A DNA stretch of 64,000 bases. It comes from Promethearchaeota archaeon (lineage in GTDB: Archaea; Asgardarchaeota; Lokiarchaeia; Sigyniarchaeales; SOKP01). Numbering within the stretch: position 1 is the first letter of the stretch; each line of letters begins with the position of its first letter. This document shows positions 29,365-40,202 of the stretch, piece by piece. Below the pieces are notes generated by a model, which was not told the origin of the DNA, ran no database searches, and saw only the letters and a program-made list of their open reading frames with translations. The position numbers were made by a program, and so were the translations under genes. Location: NCBI GenBank assembly GCA_016840165.1, contig JAEOSU010000076.1:98664-162663 (forward strand), read 5' to 3'.

Positions 29365-30174
29365 TTATTTCATATTATAATTTTTTTTAAAATCTTTAGC
29401 AGTATCTTTAATTTCGTCAATAATTGCTTTTAAAGAATTTCCTTTATGTTTTAATATGTTTTTTTCTAAGAAACTCCCCATTACGATTATATCTGCTCCT
29501 GCTTCTACGAAACATCTTACATCTTCTTTACAGCTTACTCCTCCACCAGTTATTATGGGAATATTAAGGATCTTTGAACACATTTTAATAATCTCCGGAG
29601 GGATACAGTTACCACCTGAGCCTGCTTCAAGATATACCATTTTATACCCAATCATTTCTGCCGCTAAACCATATGCAGCAGTTAATTTTGGTTTATCTCG
29701 AGGAAGTAACTTTGCTTTTCCAATCCAACCTGCAGTAGCTCCAGGCTCAATTATTAAGTAGGCAGTGGAGATATACTCAAGGTTGGTAATCTTAACAGTA
29801 TAACTTGCTAATGCTTGTTGAGTTATAATAAAATATGGATCTTCAGAATTAAGTAACGACATGAATAATATCGCATCTGCATATTTGGAGATATTAGTAA
29901 TACCTCCGGGAAAAATAATTACTGGTATATTGACTTCTTCTTTAATTGCTGTGATTGTGTTATCTACAAATGTTTGATCAAAAACAGTGCTCCCTCCAAT
30001 AAGGATACCGTTTGTCCCTGCCTCCTCAGCATATAAAGCCATTTTAGCGGCTTTTTTAGGCGTCTGGCGTATTGGATCAGGATCAATTAATGAGAAATGA
30101 AGAGTACCCTGTTCGTTTATTTTTTTGATAATATATTCGTAGGTAGTCTTCTTCTCTGGTCCAAAACTATCCAT
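29365..30174 (-). CDS. Geranylgeranylglyceryl phosphate synthase
   Basis: LIDPD, IGGST, FPG, ADAILFMSLLNS, YLEAGSG, GGG, GAD. Confidence 0.92.
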   Translation of the reverse strand: MDSFGPEKKTTYEYIIKKINEQGTLHFSLIDPDPIRQTPKKAAKMALYAEEAGTNGILIGGSTVFDQTFVDNTITAIKEEVNIPVIIFPGGITNISKYADAILFMSLLNSEDPYFIITQQALASYTVKITNLEYISTAYLIIEPGATAGWIGKAKLLPRDKPKLTAAYGLAAEMIGYKMVYLEAGSGGNCIPPEIIKMCSKILNIPIITGGGVSCKEDVRCFVEAGADIIVMGSFLEKNILKHKGNSLKAIIDEIKDTAKDFKKNYNMK

Positions 30175-30201
30175 ATGTATTGATTACCTCTCGTAATATA
30201 A

Positions 30202-31596
30202 TTATTTTACTTTTTTTGGATTTATTAACATTTTTCGAACTTTATCATAAACTTGAAGAACCGATGATTTCCACGACTCGAACATAGAAATATCATTTGG
30301 AAATTTCTTATAAAGTTTAGAAACTTCCTTCATTCTTATTCTAAGATAATTTAAGTCTAATAAAAGATTAGGTTTTGAAATGCCTTTAAAGCCTTTTACT
30401 GCCATGTCTAATAGGGATAAATTTAAATCTCCGGAGGAAGAAATTTCCAATATTTCCTCTCCCGTCAAGAGATCTTGCTCTAAACCAAAGTTCAATTCCT
30501 CATTATTTAAAACCTGAAGCACCATCCTTAACAGATCTAACGAGGCAAATTCCGCTCCAAAGCTCGTCATTATATTATAATTATACATCCATAAATTTTC
30601 AATAGACGCTTCACCTGCATCTATTGCAGATTTAGCACAATTAGCTGCTAAATATCCTGCTCTCATTGAAGGATCAATCCCTCCCCCATGCAAAGGGTTT
30701 ACTTGACAGGCAGCATCTCCTATTAACATTATTCCATTGTCCGCACAAGACCAAAGTGGTCTTCGAATAGGCACGACACCACCACCCGAGGATAAGATCT
30801 CTACTTTAGATGTTTTGATGAATTGATTAAAAACATTTTTTTTATAGAACTCTTTTACTTGGCCTTTATAATCCATAAAAGCTCCTAATCCAACATTTAC
30901 AGAACTTGAATTTTTAGGAAAGTACCAAATATATCCACCAGGTGCTTTATCTTGATCTAGAATAATTGAGATATATTCAGGATCATTTACCTGCATATCT
31001 TCAAGTGAAAACTTTACAATTTCTCGAAAACATAGAATTGAATCTTCTTTTGATATTTCTTTTTCAATTAAGGAGCTTTTAACTTTCTTTCTTAATGGAG
31101 AGTAAAACCCAGAAGCATCAATGACGACTTTTGATTTGAGCATGATTTTAGAACCATCAGATAATTTAACACGCACTCCAGAGACCTGATTATTTTCATA
31201 AATAAGATCCAAAGCCATAGTATTTTCTAAAAATTGTGATATCCCGTTATCTAAAGCTTCGTTTAAAAGGCGTTGGCCAAATTCTAATCGATTAACAATA
31301 TACCCCGCTTGTCTTGGATCCATTAAAGTAATACATTTTTTTAAGTTGGGGGTATAAAGCTTCGCACCTTTAATATTACAAGACAATTCTTCGCCTTTAG
31401 GATGATTTATTTGAAGATAATCGAATATATCGGTTCCAACAGCGTCACCACATATTTTATCCCCAATAGAATTCTTATCTTTTCGATCAATCAGGCATAC
31501 ATCTAAGCCTTGTTTGGCAGCAAAACGGGCAGCAGTACTACCTCCCGTTCCAGCACCTACAACGATTACATCAAAAGATTTCTTTACCGATTCCAT
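30202..31596 (-). CDS. Geranylgeranyl reductase family flavoprotein
   Basis: VVGAGTGG, K.CG, PGGYIWYFP, NVGLG, GDAA.QVNPLHGGG. Confidence 0.9.
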   Translation of the reverse strand: MESVKKSFDVIVVGAGTGGSTAARFAAKQGLDVCLIDRKDKNSIGDKICGDAVGTDIFDYLQINHPKGEELSCNIKGAKLYTPNLKKCITLMDPRQAGYIVNRLEFGQRLLNEALDNGISQFLENTMALDLIYENNQVSGVRVKLSDGSKIMLKSKVVIDASGFYSPLRKKVKSSLIEKEISKEDSILCFREIVKFSLEDMQVNDPEYISIILDQDKAPGGYIWYFPKNSSSVNVGLGAFMDYKGQVKEFYKKNVFNQFIKTSKVEILSSGGGVVPIRRPLWSCADNGIMLIGDAACQVNPLHGGGIDPSMRAGYLAANCAKSAIDAGEASIENLWMYNYNIMTSFGAEFASLDLLRMVLQVLNNEELNFGLEQDLLTGEEILEISSSGDLNLSLLDMAVKGFKGISKPNLLLDLNYLRIRMKEVSKLYKKFPNDISMFESWKSSVLQVYDKVRKMLINPKKVK

Positions 31597-31640
31597 GGTC
31601 TCTTTATTTCTTAGATGATTAGAAAATTAAATTTAGAAGC

Positions 31641-32384
31641 TTAAAATAATAGCGCAAGCAGATAAATTATTAACGTAGTAAGAATTGGCACTGTTAAATC
31701 ATCCCAGGTACTTGGAGATACTAACTCTACTAATGTTGCCAATACTGAAGTAATTAACGATAAAATTAAAGCCGATTCTAAGGAAATATGTTCTTGGGTG
31801 ATTGGATTTGCAACCCCTAATAATGTAAATGCAATAAAACAGAGAATAAATCCACTTATTAAAAATGTTAAGGAGCCCTCCAATGTTCGTTTTGAATTGG
31901 TCCATGGTAATTTAATAGAGATTTTACCATATCGTTTTCCAATTACAGAAGCTAAAGTGTCTGAAATTATCATTAATAGTATACCAGCTACTGGAAAATA
32001 CATCTGAGATGGAGCAAAAATGACAAATACTAAAACTAATAATGTAATTGATAGGCAATAGTGAAATGGCCCTTGTAAATAACCCACTTTTTCTTCAGCT
32101 TCCTCCCCGATTGATTCGTATAGTTCTTTTAACTGTTTAACTTTAGATTTTTTAGAGCTTAATAAAACAAGAAAAGTAAGCGAACCGGCAATGATAACTG
32201 CCCACCATTTCCACTCGTAATAGGAGACAGTTAATACTGATAATCCGGCTAGTAGATGGACAGCTTTTCGAGCTTGGAATTTAGTGATTTTCCCGCGCTT
32301 TTTTAATTGAACGGGAATTAAGATGGTTATGAACACATAAATATAAGTAATTAATACAATTAATAAATCTAATAAGATACTCAT
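31641..32384 (-). CDS. CTP-dependent prenol/phytol/dolichol kinase-like membrane protein
   Basis: RKAVH, GP..Y, SDTLASVIGKRYG, KRTLEGS, VE, DDLTVP. Confidence 0.82.
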   Translation of the reverse strand: MSILLDLLIVLITYIYVFITILIPVQLKKRGKITKFQARKAVHLLAGLSVLTVSYYEWKWWAVIIAGSLTFLVLLSSKKSKVKQLKELYESIGEEAEEKVGYLQGPFHYCLSITLLVLVFVIFAPSQMYFPVAGILLMIISDTLASVIGKRYGKISIKLPWTNSKRTLEGSLTFLISGFILCFIAFTLLGVANPITQEHISLESALILSLITSVLATLVELVSPSTWDDLTVPILTTLIIYLLALLF

Positions 32385-32649
32385 CGATATTCAACGAATT
32401 TATTTATAATTATTAATTAGTCTTCAATCTATTTTTAATGAAATCAAACTAATTATAGTATTAAGTGTAATATTATAAAATTATGAGAATGTTAAAAAGC
32501 TACCTATAGAGAAGCAATCTCCATTTTTTTCGCTTAAAAACCTTTCTCTTTCTCTTAAGAAATTCTGCAAAATTATATGATTAAAAAAGAGGGTTTTAAT
32601 TTTTAAAAATTTTTTTTAATGTGTTTCATTTCAAGAAGTGAGATTAATC

Positions 32650-34662
32650 ATGGAAGAGGATATTTCTTCATTACCATTTAGGAACTCTTCACTTGGGCTA
32701 GAAGAACGCGTGGATGATTTGCTAAAAAGATTAACATTAAAAGAGAAGTTTAAACTTAGTTCTGGTAGATTAATGTGGTTTACTAAGAAAATTAAAAGAT
32801 TGGGGATTGATTCATTTGCGATGTTTGATGGGCCTCATGGAGTTCGTCCGGATTATAAAGGTGAACGACCATGCACTTATTTTCCTTCTGCAATTTGTCG
32901 TTCTGCTACTTGGAATAAATCACTTTCAAAAAAATTTGGAGTTGCAATTGCCGAGGAAGTTCGAGAGCTGGGAGCGCATATGATACTTGCTCCAGGAATC
33001 AACATTCAAAGAACACCGATGTGTGGAAGAACATTTGAATATCAGACAGAGGATCCATATTTAAATAAAATATTAGCTGTATCAGTAGTAAAAGGTATTC
33101 AAAGCCAGAGAATTGCTGCCTGTGTAAAGCATTTCGTTTGCAATAATCAAGAAACAAATCGATTTACTTCTAGTTCAGAAGTGAATGAGCGAGCACTTCA
33201 AGAGATTTATTTTCCTGCATTTAAAGCTGCAGTAGAAAAAGCCGATGCATGGTCTTTTATGAGTTGTTATAATAAAGTGAATGGAGTGTATGGATCTGAA
33301 CACTTCAATTTGATTCGTGAAAGATTGATGAATGAATGGGGATTTCGAGGGTTTGTAGTTTCAGATTGGAATGCTACGGCTTATACAACAACAGAGGGAT
33401 GTGTAAATGCAGGATTATCACTTGAAATGCCAATAAGAAAAGCATATCAAGTAAAAAAAATGCAGAAAGCATTTGAAGAAGGAAAATTTAGTCTTGATTA
33501 TTTAAATGATAACATTAGAAGACTCTTGAGGGTCATGTTCTTAGTAGGATGTTTTGATAATCAGGATTCAATACCAAAAGGGAGTAGAAATACTCCTGAA
33601 CATCAAGCCTTAGCTCGTAAAATTGCGCAAGAGGGAATTGTCCTTCTAAAAAATGAAAAACAACTTCTTCCGTTAAACATTGAGAAAATCAAAAAAATAG
33701 CCGTTTTAGGCCCTAATGCGGAACTAAAAACATCATTAGGAGGGGGAAGTTCTACTAACTTTCCAACATATGAAGTAACTGCTCTTCAGGGAATTATAGA
33801 AAGATGTAGAGACAAGATTGAGATTATAGATTCACTTCCCGATGCAGATGTTTCAATATTATTTATCGGATTAAATCATGAAAAGAATATGGATGCTGAA
33901 GATACTGATAAGACTTCTTTCAAATTAGCATCAAGTCAAATACAGTTAGTTAAAAATACGATAAGGCAAAATAAGAACACAATTGTAGTGTTAATAAATG
34001 GGAGCCCAATTTCGATGGAGGAGTGGATCGATGAGATCCCAGTTTTGCTTGAAGCTTGGTATGCTGGAATGGAAGGTGGGCGGGCTATAGCTGATATTTT
34101 GTTTGGTGATGTGAATCCATCTGGAAAACTTCCGATTACTTTTCCTAAGCGACTTTCAGATTCACCTGCCCATAAGTCAGATAAAACATTTCCAGGAGCT
34201 GATAAAGTTTTCTATGATGAAGGAATATTCGTTGGTTATCGTCATTTTGAGTATAATGATATTAAACCACTTTTTCCATTTGGTTATGGTTTATCATATA
34301 CCACCTTCAAATATAGTAATATAAAAATGGAAAATAATCGAGTCTCGGGGAATGAAACTATAAGAGTTTCTGTTGAGTTGGAAAATACTGGAAATAATGA
34401 AGGAGCAGAAGTTGTTCAGTTATATCTTCACGACATGGAATCAAGTTTACCAAGGCCATTTAAGGAATTAAAGGGATTTAAGAAGATTTTTCTTAAACCT
34501 AAACAAAAAGAAACTATAAATTTCGAATTGTATCGTGAAGATTTAGCTTTTTTTGATGAAGAGGAGAATGATTGGGTAGTTGAAAATGGAACTTTTAAGA
34601 TTCTAATTGGGAGCTCATCGGAAGATATTCGTTTAGAAACTGAGTTTAATTATTCTAATTAA
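32650..34662 (+). CDS. GH3 beta-glucosidase
   Basis: DGPHGVR, LAPGINIQR, GRTFEY.TEDP, KHF, VSDW, NPSGKLP, PFGYGLSYT, Fn3-like tail. Confidence 0.93.
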   Translation: MEEDISSLPFRNSSLGLEERVDDLLKRLTLKEKFKLSSGRLMWFTKKIKRLGIDSFAMFDGPHGVRPDYKGERPCTYFPSAICRSATWNKSLSKKFGVAIAEEVRELGAHMILAPGINIQRTPMCGRTFEYQTEDPYLNKILAVSVVKGIQSQRIAACVKHFVCNNQETNRFTSSSEVNERALQEIYFPAFKAAVEKADAWSFMSCYNKVNGVYGSEHFNLIRERLMNEWGFRGFVVSDWNATAYTTTEGCVNAGLSLEMPIRKAYQVKKMQKAFEEGKFSLDYLNDNIRRLLRVMFLVGCFDNQDSIPKGSRNTPEHQALARKIAQEGIVLLKNEKQLLPLNIEKIKKIAVLGPNAELKTSLGGGSSTNFPTYEVTALQGIIERCRDKIEIIDSLPDADVSILFIGLNHEKNMDAEDTDKTSFKLASSQIQLVKNTIRQNKNTIVVLINGSPISMEEWIDEIPVLLEAWYAGMEGGRAIADILFGDVNPSGKLPITFPKRLSDSPAHKSDKTFPGADKVFYDEGIFVGYRHFEYNDIKPLFPFGYGLSYTTFKYSNIKMENNRVSGNETIRVSVELENTGNNEGAEVVQLYLHDMESSLPRPFKELKGFKKIFLKPKQKETINFELYREDLAFFDEEENDWVVENGTFKILIGSSSEDIRLETEFNYSN

Positions 34663-34757
34663 ATTTGAATTATTAGATTACTTCCAATTTACACCAAATA
34701 TTTTTAATTTTGATAAGATTTAGATAACTATCTTTAGATTTAAGCCGGTGAATTAGG

Positions 34758-36014
34758 ATTTTAAGAGTAGGAATTATAGGTTGTGGAGATATAGCCAATT
34801 TAAATGTTCAAGGCTATTTATACTCAAAAGATACAGAGTTAATTGCCATTTGCGATACAGATCTCGCGAGAGCTGGTGAGAAATTGGAGCGATGGGGTTT
34901 AAGATCCACAAAAGTTTACACTGATTATAAAGAAATGATAGACTATGAAGAACTTGATATCGTGGAAATACTTACACCGCATCACCTTCATTATCCTATG
35001 GCAGAATATTGTGCAAATGCTGGAGTACATGGAATTTCAGTTCAAAAACCATTAGCACATACAATTACAGATTGTGAGAAAATAATTCATGTATGTAAAA
35101 AGAATGAAGTTAAGCTAAAGTTGTATGAGAACTTTAGATTTTATCCCCCGTTTTTAAAAGCAAAAGAATTATTAGATAAGGGTATAATAGGAGAACCGAT
35201 TAATTTTCGAATTAATACTATTTCCGTCGGAGGCCCAGCAATGAAAGTTGATCTCAAATCTTTAGGGTGGCGTCGTAAGTTTGAAACATGTGGTGGGGGT
35301 CCACTAGTCTATGATGATGGAATTCACAAATTTTCAATGGCGCTATGGTTAATGAATCAAGAGAGAGTTGAAGAGCTTTATGCGCGGGTTGACTATTTTT
35401 CTGTTGTCAGAGATATGCCTAGCTATATTATTTGGAAATATCCAAACACAGATCCAAATAATCCTCCCAAATACGGTTCGATGGAATTTACTATCGCACC
35501 AAATCTTTATTATCCCAGTAATTATTATGGTTGTGATGAGTTTATTGAAATTTCAGGAACAAAAGGCATAATGTGGCTTAATCAATGTACTGCAGGTGGA
35601 AACTTTCTCTCAAAAACACCCCAATATCCTCCAATTGTTGTCTATGTAAATGGAGATATTAAAAAATTTGGAGAGGATTTGCCAAGAGATTGGAGATATT
35701 CATTTATTAATTCTACTTCACATTTTATAAGAGTAATCAAAGATGGCGGAGAACCTATTTATACAGGAGAAGAAGGGAGAGCCTTATGTATATTTGCTAA
35801 ATTACCATATATCTCCAATCAAAAGAATAGGATCGCATATTGGGAAGAGATAACGTCTGAGAATGAGCTTGATAAGTCATGTGTTGTTGAGGAGCCTCAA
35901 TATATTGATGTGGGAGGATTTACACGCTACGGTCGAAATGTCAGAAGAGATCTAAGAAAAGGAATAAATCAAGGGTTGGTTCATACCGATTTTAAATATC
36001 AATATGAACAATGA
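34758..36014 (+). CDS. Gfo/Idh/MocA oxidoreductase; start extended to ATT at 34758
   Basis: The upstream frame gives ILRVGIIGCGDIA (Rossmann motif), missing from the track ORF; QKP, ENFRF, GGG...D.GIH. Confidence 0.88.
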   Translation: MLRVGIIGCGDIANLNVQGYLYSKDTELIAICDTDLARAGEKLERWGLRSTKVYTDYKEMIDYEELDIVEILTPHHLHYPMAEYCANAGVHGISVQKPLAHTITDCEKIIHVCKKNEVKLKLYENFRFYPPFLKAKELLDKGIIGEPINFRINTISVGGPAMKVDLKSLGWRRKFETCGGGPLVYDDGIHKFSMALWLMNQERVEELYARVDYFSVVRDMPSYIIWKYPNTDPNNPPKYGSMEFTIAPNLYYPSNYYGCDEFIEISGTKGIMWLNQCTAGGNFLSKTPQYPPIVVYVNGDIKKFGEDLPRDWRYSFINSTSHFIRVIKDGGEPIYTGEEGRALCIFAKLPYISNQKNRIAYWEEITSENELDKSCVVEEPQYIDVGGFTRYGRNVRRDLRKGINQGLVHTDFKYQYEQ

Positions 36015-37121
36015 TTAAGGAAACTCATCAAGGAGAACCTCTTTCTTTTGTTCTACTGACTTGATGGCCGCAAGATTAAATTTCAGTACTTTTTTCGCTT
36101 CATAACCCGACAATACTGGTTTTTTTTCATTTTTTGCTACTTCTATTAGATGCTTAGTCGCATTAATGAAACTCTGTTTCCAATCATTATTAAAATCGTT
36201 ATAGGTTTCAACCTTTCCATCCCTTATTATTATGATTGGGGCAAAAACATCTGATTTTGTCATAGCATTTCCGATAGCAGTTCCTTGATTAATGCGCATG
36301 ATACCTCTAGAGGCAATAATTTCAATGAATTCGTCTGTTGAGTAATAAGGAGAGGGAATTTCCATCTCAGGCAAGTAGCAGAATTCCATTTGCCCATACT
36401 GGGGAACAACATGCTCTTTACTTTGCTTATATTTAAAAAGTACATACGCGGGAGCATCCATGCCATTATATGAACCCGTCCATGCAAAAATTTTGTCGAT
36501 CTCTTCATTTACTAACCATCTTGCTAAAGTGAATGCATGCCAACCATTATCAAATAAGATAGGAGACCCTTTAACTCCTCCTCCAACAAGTTTAGGATCT
36601 AATCTCCATTTTTCAGCGCTTTCTGGAATTTCCCAGCCACCGGAAGTTCCCAAAGCAACTTTAATCCGTACGGAAGTAATATCCCCAATATAATCTTGAT
36701 CGATTAATTCTTTTGCTTTTTGAATATGAGGGGCAAATATGAAATTTTCATATATTGATAATATTGCTCCTGAGTCATTACACGCTTTAATCATGTCATC
36801 TGCTTCCTTAAGCGTCAGGGCCATTGGTTTTTGAACCGAAATAACCCTCACTCCTTTACTAGCAGCGTGAATGCATGCTTCAGCATGAAGATTATGGGGT
36901 AAGAGAATCTCTAAAATGTCTAATTCTTCATTTTTAATCATTTCTCGATAATCAGAATAGACATGCATTTCTTCACTAAATTTAAATTTATCAATTTTGT
37001 CTCTCGCTTTTTGAACCGTTCTATTACATAAAGCTACAATTTTAGTTTCTTCATTTTCTAAATATCCTAAGACATTAAGGTCAAAAATAACTCCCGTTCC
37101 AATGAATCCTACACGCAACAT
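36015..37121 (-). CDS. Gfo/Idh/MocA oxidoreductase (convergent paralog)
   Basis: MLRVGFIGTG, SVQKPMA, YENF, D.GWH. Confidence 0.9.
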   Translation of the reverse strand: MLRVGFIGTGVIFDLNVLGYLENEETKIVALCNRTVQKARDKIDKFKFSEEMHVYSDYREMIKNEELDILEILLPHNLHAEACIHAASKGVRVISVQKPMALTLKEADDMIKACNDSGAILSIYENFIFAPHIQKAKELIDQDYIGDITSVRIKVALGTSGGWEIPESAEKWRLDPKLVGGGVKGSPILFDNGWHAFTLARWLVNEEIDKIFAWTGSYNGMDAPAYVLFKYKQSKEHVVPQYGQMEFCYLPEMEIPSPYYSTDEFIEIIASRGIMRINQGTAIGNAMTKSDVFAPIIIIRDGKVETYNDFNNDWKQSFINATKHLIEVAKNEKKPVLSGYEAKKVLKFNLAAIKSVEQKKEVLLDEFP

Positions 37122-37284
37122 AACAAATAAATAAATTATTGCTAAAATTTATACAAGTCTATTTAATAATAATGAAGATATAATATTTCCCTTTTGGTCT
37201 TAATTTATTATAAATATTGAAATTTTTTTTATATTTGTTATAACTTTAATTCACTAAGCATTTTATAGAAGTTAATGATCTCTC

Positions 37285-38961
37285 ATGTTAAATAATAATG
37301 AAGATTTGGATTTCAGAAAATCATATGAGCGTGCTTTATATCTTGGATGCGGTTTTAATTACAATGATTTAAGCAAACCGAAGGTCGCTATTGTAAATTC
37401 ATGGAATCAGATTAACCCAGGCCATATTCATCTAAGAAGGTTAGCATCCTTTGTCCATGATGGAGTAAAAGAGAAGGGAGGGACTCCTATGGAGTTTAAT
37501 ACTATTGCTCCTTGTGATGGAATTGCGAATTCAGGAAATAATTCAAAATATATCTTACCCTCTAGAGAAGTTATAGCTAATTCAATAGAATGTATTATCA
37601 AGGCTTACAATTTTGATGGAATGGTTATGTTATGTTCATGTGATAAAGTAATCCCTGGGATGTTATTAGCTGCCGCTCGTTGCGATATTTCAACAATCTT
37701 CTTAACGGGGGGTATCATGAAACCAAAATATTTCGAAAATGGTCCATTGAAAGGGAAAACTTATGTTACCTGCGATATCAAAGAAGCAATAGGAGAATAT
37801 AAAGCAGGAAAGATTTCTAAACAGGAGTTAAATCTCATAGAATCCCAAACATGTTGTTCTCCTGGAGCATGCAATATGATGGGGACTGCGAATACTATGG
37901 CATGCATAGTGGAGGCTATGGGGCTGTCTTTGCCCGGTTGTGCGACTTTAAGTGCTGTTGGTGAGGAGCGAGAGAGCTTGAGCAAAGAAACGGGTATAAG
38001 AGTAATGAGTTTAATAAAAAACAAAATCACCGCTTTAAATCTAATCACAGATGCATCAATCCAAAACGCAATTAAAGTTGCTTTATCATTTGGTGGATCC
38101 ACTAATATGATACTACATATGTGTGCACTTTCCCATGAAATTGGAGGAAGTTTAAACCACTTTGATTTTAATATCTTAAGCGAAACTACTCCACTTCTTG
38201 CAAAATTCAAACCTGCATCGGAATATAATCTCTCAGAGTTCCATAAGGTTGGAGGGGTGACCGTAATGATGAAAAAAATGGAAAAATTATTAGATCTTTC
38301 GGCGATGAATGCATTAGGAATTTCTTTAAAAGAATTTTTAAAGGATATAAAATATGATGATTATCAAATAGTAAGAGTTTTAGAGGATCCGATCTCTTTA
38401 GAAGGGGGTGTAGCTGTTTTAAAGGGAACTTTGGCTCCTGAAGGGGCTATAGTAAAACAAAGCGCAGTTTCGTCTCAAATGCGAAAACATACGGGCCCTG
38501 CAAAAGTGTTTGAATCAGAGGAGGAAGTTCAAGAGGCATTGTTGTCAAACAAGATAGAGAAAGGAGATGTGTTAGTTATCCGTTATGAAGGTCCAAAAGG
38601 ATCTCCTGGGATGAGAGAACTTTCATTACCTGCGGCAATTTTAGTGGGGATGGGACTTGGTGAATCAGTAGCTATGATTACAGATGGGAGATATTCTGGG
38701 GCAACAAGAGGCCCTTGCATTGGACATGTTTGTCCTGAAGCCTATGAAGGAGGTCCAATAGCTATTGTTCAAGATGATGATATGATAGAAATTGATATTG
38801 ATAATAAAGAACTTAATTTACTTCTATCTTCTGAAAAAATAAGAGAAAGGCTTAAGAGATGGGAAAAACCTGAACCCAAGATAAAAAAGGGTTATCTATC
38901 TTTATATAGTAAAATAGTTTGTTCTGCAAAATATGGAGCATATTTGGGGGATTCATTATGA
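37285..38961 (+). CDS. ilvD: Dihydroxy-acid dehydratase (IlvD/Edd family)
   Basis: [55 protein letters not shown]. Confidence 0.9.
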   Translation: MLNNNEDLDFRKSYERALYLGCGFNYNDLSKPKVAIVNSWNQINPGHIHLRRLASFVHDGVKEKGGTPMEFNTIAPCDGIANSGNNSKYILPSREVIANSIECIIKAYNFDGMVMLCSCDKVIPGMLLAAARCDISTIFLTGGIMKPKYFENGPLKGKTYVTCDIKEAIGEYKAGKISKQELNLIESQTCCSPGACNMMGTANTMACIVEAMGLSLPGCATLSAVGEERESLSKETGIRVMSLIKNKITALNLITDASIQNAIKVALSFGGSTNMILHMCALSHEIGGSLNHFDFNILSETTPLLAKFKPASEYNLSEFHKVGGVTVMMKKMEKLLDLSAMNALGISLKEFLKDIKYDDYQIVRVLEDPISLEGGVAVLKGTLAPEGAIVKQSAVSSQMRKHTGPAKVFESEEEVQEALLSNKIEKGDVLVIRYEGPKGSPGMRELSLPAAILVGMGLGESVAMITDGRYSGATRGPCIGHVCPEAYEGGPIAIVQDDDMIEIDIDNKELNLLLSSEKIRERLKRWEKPEPKIKKGYLSLYSKIVCSAKYGAYLGDSL

Positions 38962-40118
38962 TTGATGAAGAATCAATAAAACAAAATTTAAATCATTTTG
39001 CATTTCCAAGACTTTCTGGGACAATACATGAAAAAAAGGCTTTAGATTTAGCATTTAAAAAAGTTTCAGATTTAGGATTGAAACCAAATATACAGAATTT
39101 CGAATTTAGCACTTTTTATTCCAGAACATATCCAAAAATAGCATTTCTTTTCGGGTTTTTGCTTTTAATCTCGTTTTATATTGATTTGAGCGTGGGGATT
39201 TTTATCTCATTGATTATAGGCCCAATTTTAGTGTTCTTAGTCATCATTATGAGAAAGCCAGAAAATGTGAAATTTCCCAGAAACTTTGAATCCGCTAATC
39301 TATTTGTTAAATTAAAAGTAAGGAGAAAGCTATCGAAAAAAGTATCATATAATCAAAGAAAAAGAATTGTTTTTTCATGTCATTTAGATTCTAAAGGCCA
39401 GAAATTGTCCATCCTAGCTCGCATCAGATCAATGAGAACCTGGATCATCAGTAGTGTCATCATAATAGGCACTTTAGGATTTAAATATTTAGTTCAACCT
39501 AATTTTGTAATATTCTTCATCATAATCGGAGGCATTCTGATGATCTTAAACTTTATATCGACAATATTAATTTTAATAAACACTACTAACAATAGTTCAC
39601 TCGGAGCAATAGACAATGCGACCGGAATCACTTGTGTTCTTGAATTACTAAAATATTACTTATTAGATGATAATCGAATAGATAATATAGAGTACTGGTT
39701 TGTTTTTACTGGATGTGAAGAAACAGGAACTATGGGAATTCGCAATTTATATAAAAAGATTAAGTTCTTTGAAAGGGATTCTTTAATGCTTGTAAATTTT
39801 GATGCGATAGGAGGAAGTATTACTATTTTCGATAGCATATTTCAACCAGAGGGGTATCGAGAATTTTATAATAGTTTCTTAAATAATAACATAGGTTTAG
39901 AAATTCGAGAAGAATCTAAAAGGATTAACTTTGGAACGCACTCTGATGGATACTACTTAAAAAAGAAGAATTTCCAAGGAATCGAGTTTGGCGACATGGA
40001 AGCTTACCAATTCCTACATTCCAAGGAGGATACAATAGATAAGGTGAATACAAGAAATCTTAAGAAATTATGTGAAGTAATAGTTGAAAATTTAAGATTG
40101 CATTATAAAAACATGTGA
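38958..40118 (+). CDS. M28 metallopeptidase with transmembrane insert
   Basis: [29 protein letters not shown]; ATGA overlap with ilvD. Confidence 0.82.
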   Translation: MIDEESIKQNLNHFAFPRLSGTIHEKKALDLAFKKVSDLGLKPNIQNFEFSTFYSRTYPKIAFLFGFLLLISFYIDLSVGIFISLIIGPILVFLVIIMRKPENVKFPRNFESANLFVKLKVRRKLSKKVSYNQRKRIVFSCHLDSKGQKLSILARIRSMRTWIISSVIIIGTLGFKYLVQPNFVIFFIIIGGILMILNFISTILILINTTNNSSLGAIDNATGITCVLELLKYYLLDDNRIDNIEYWFVFTGCEETGTMGIRNLYKKIKFFERDSLMLVNFDAIGGSITIFDSIFQPEGYREFYNSFLNNNIGLEIREESKRINFGTHSDGYYLKKKNFQGIEFGDMEAYQFLHSKEDTIDKVNTRNLKKLCEVIVENLRLHYKNM

Positions 40119-40202
40119 AACTAAGTTGCTTTCTAATTTTTAATGTGGAACCAAAAATTTTAAAAGATTTATGTGAAGTTATTATTGATTACTTGAGAAA
40201 AT

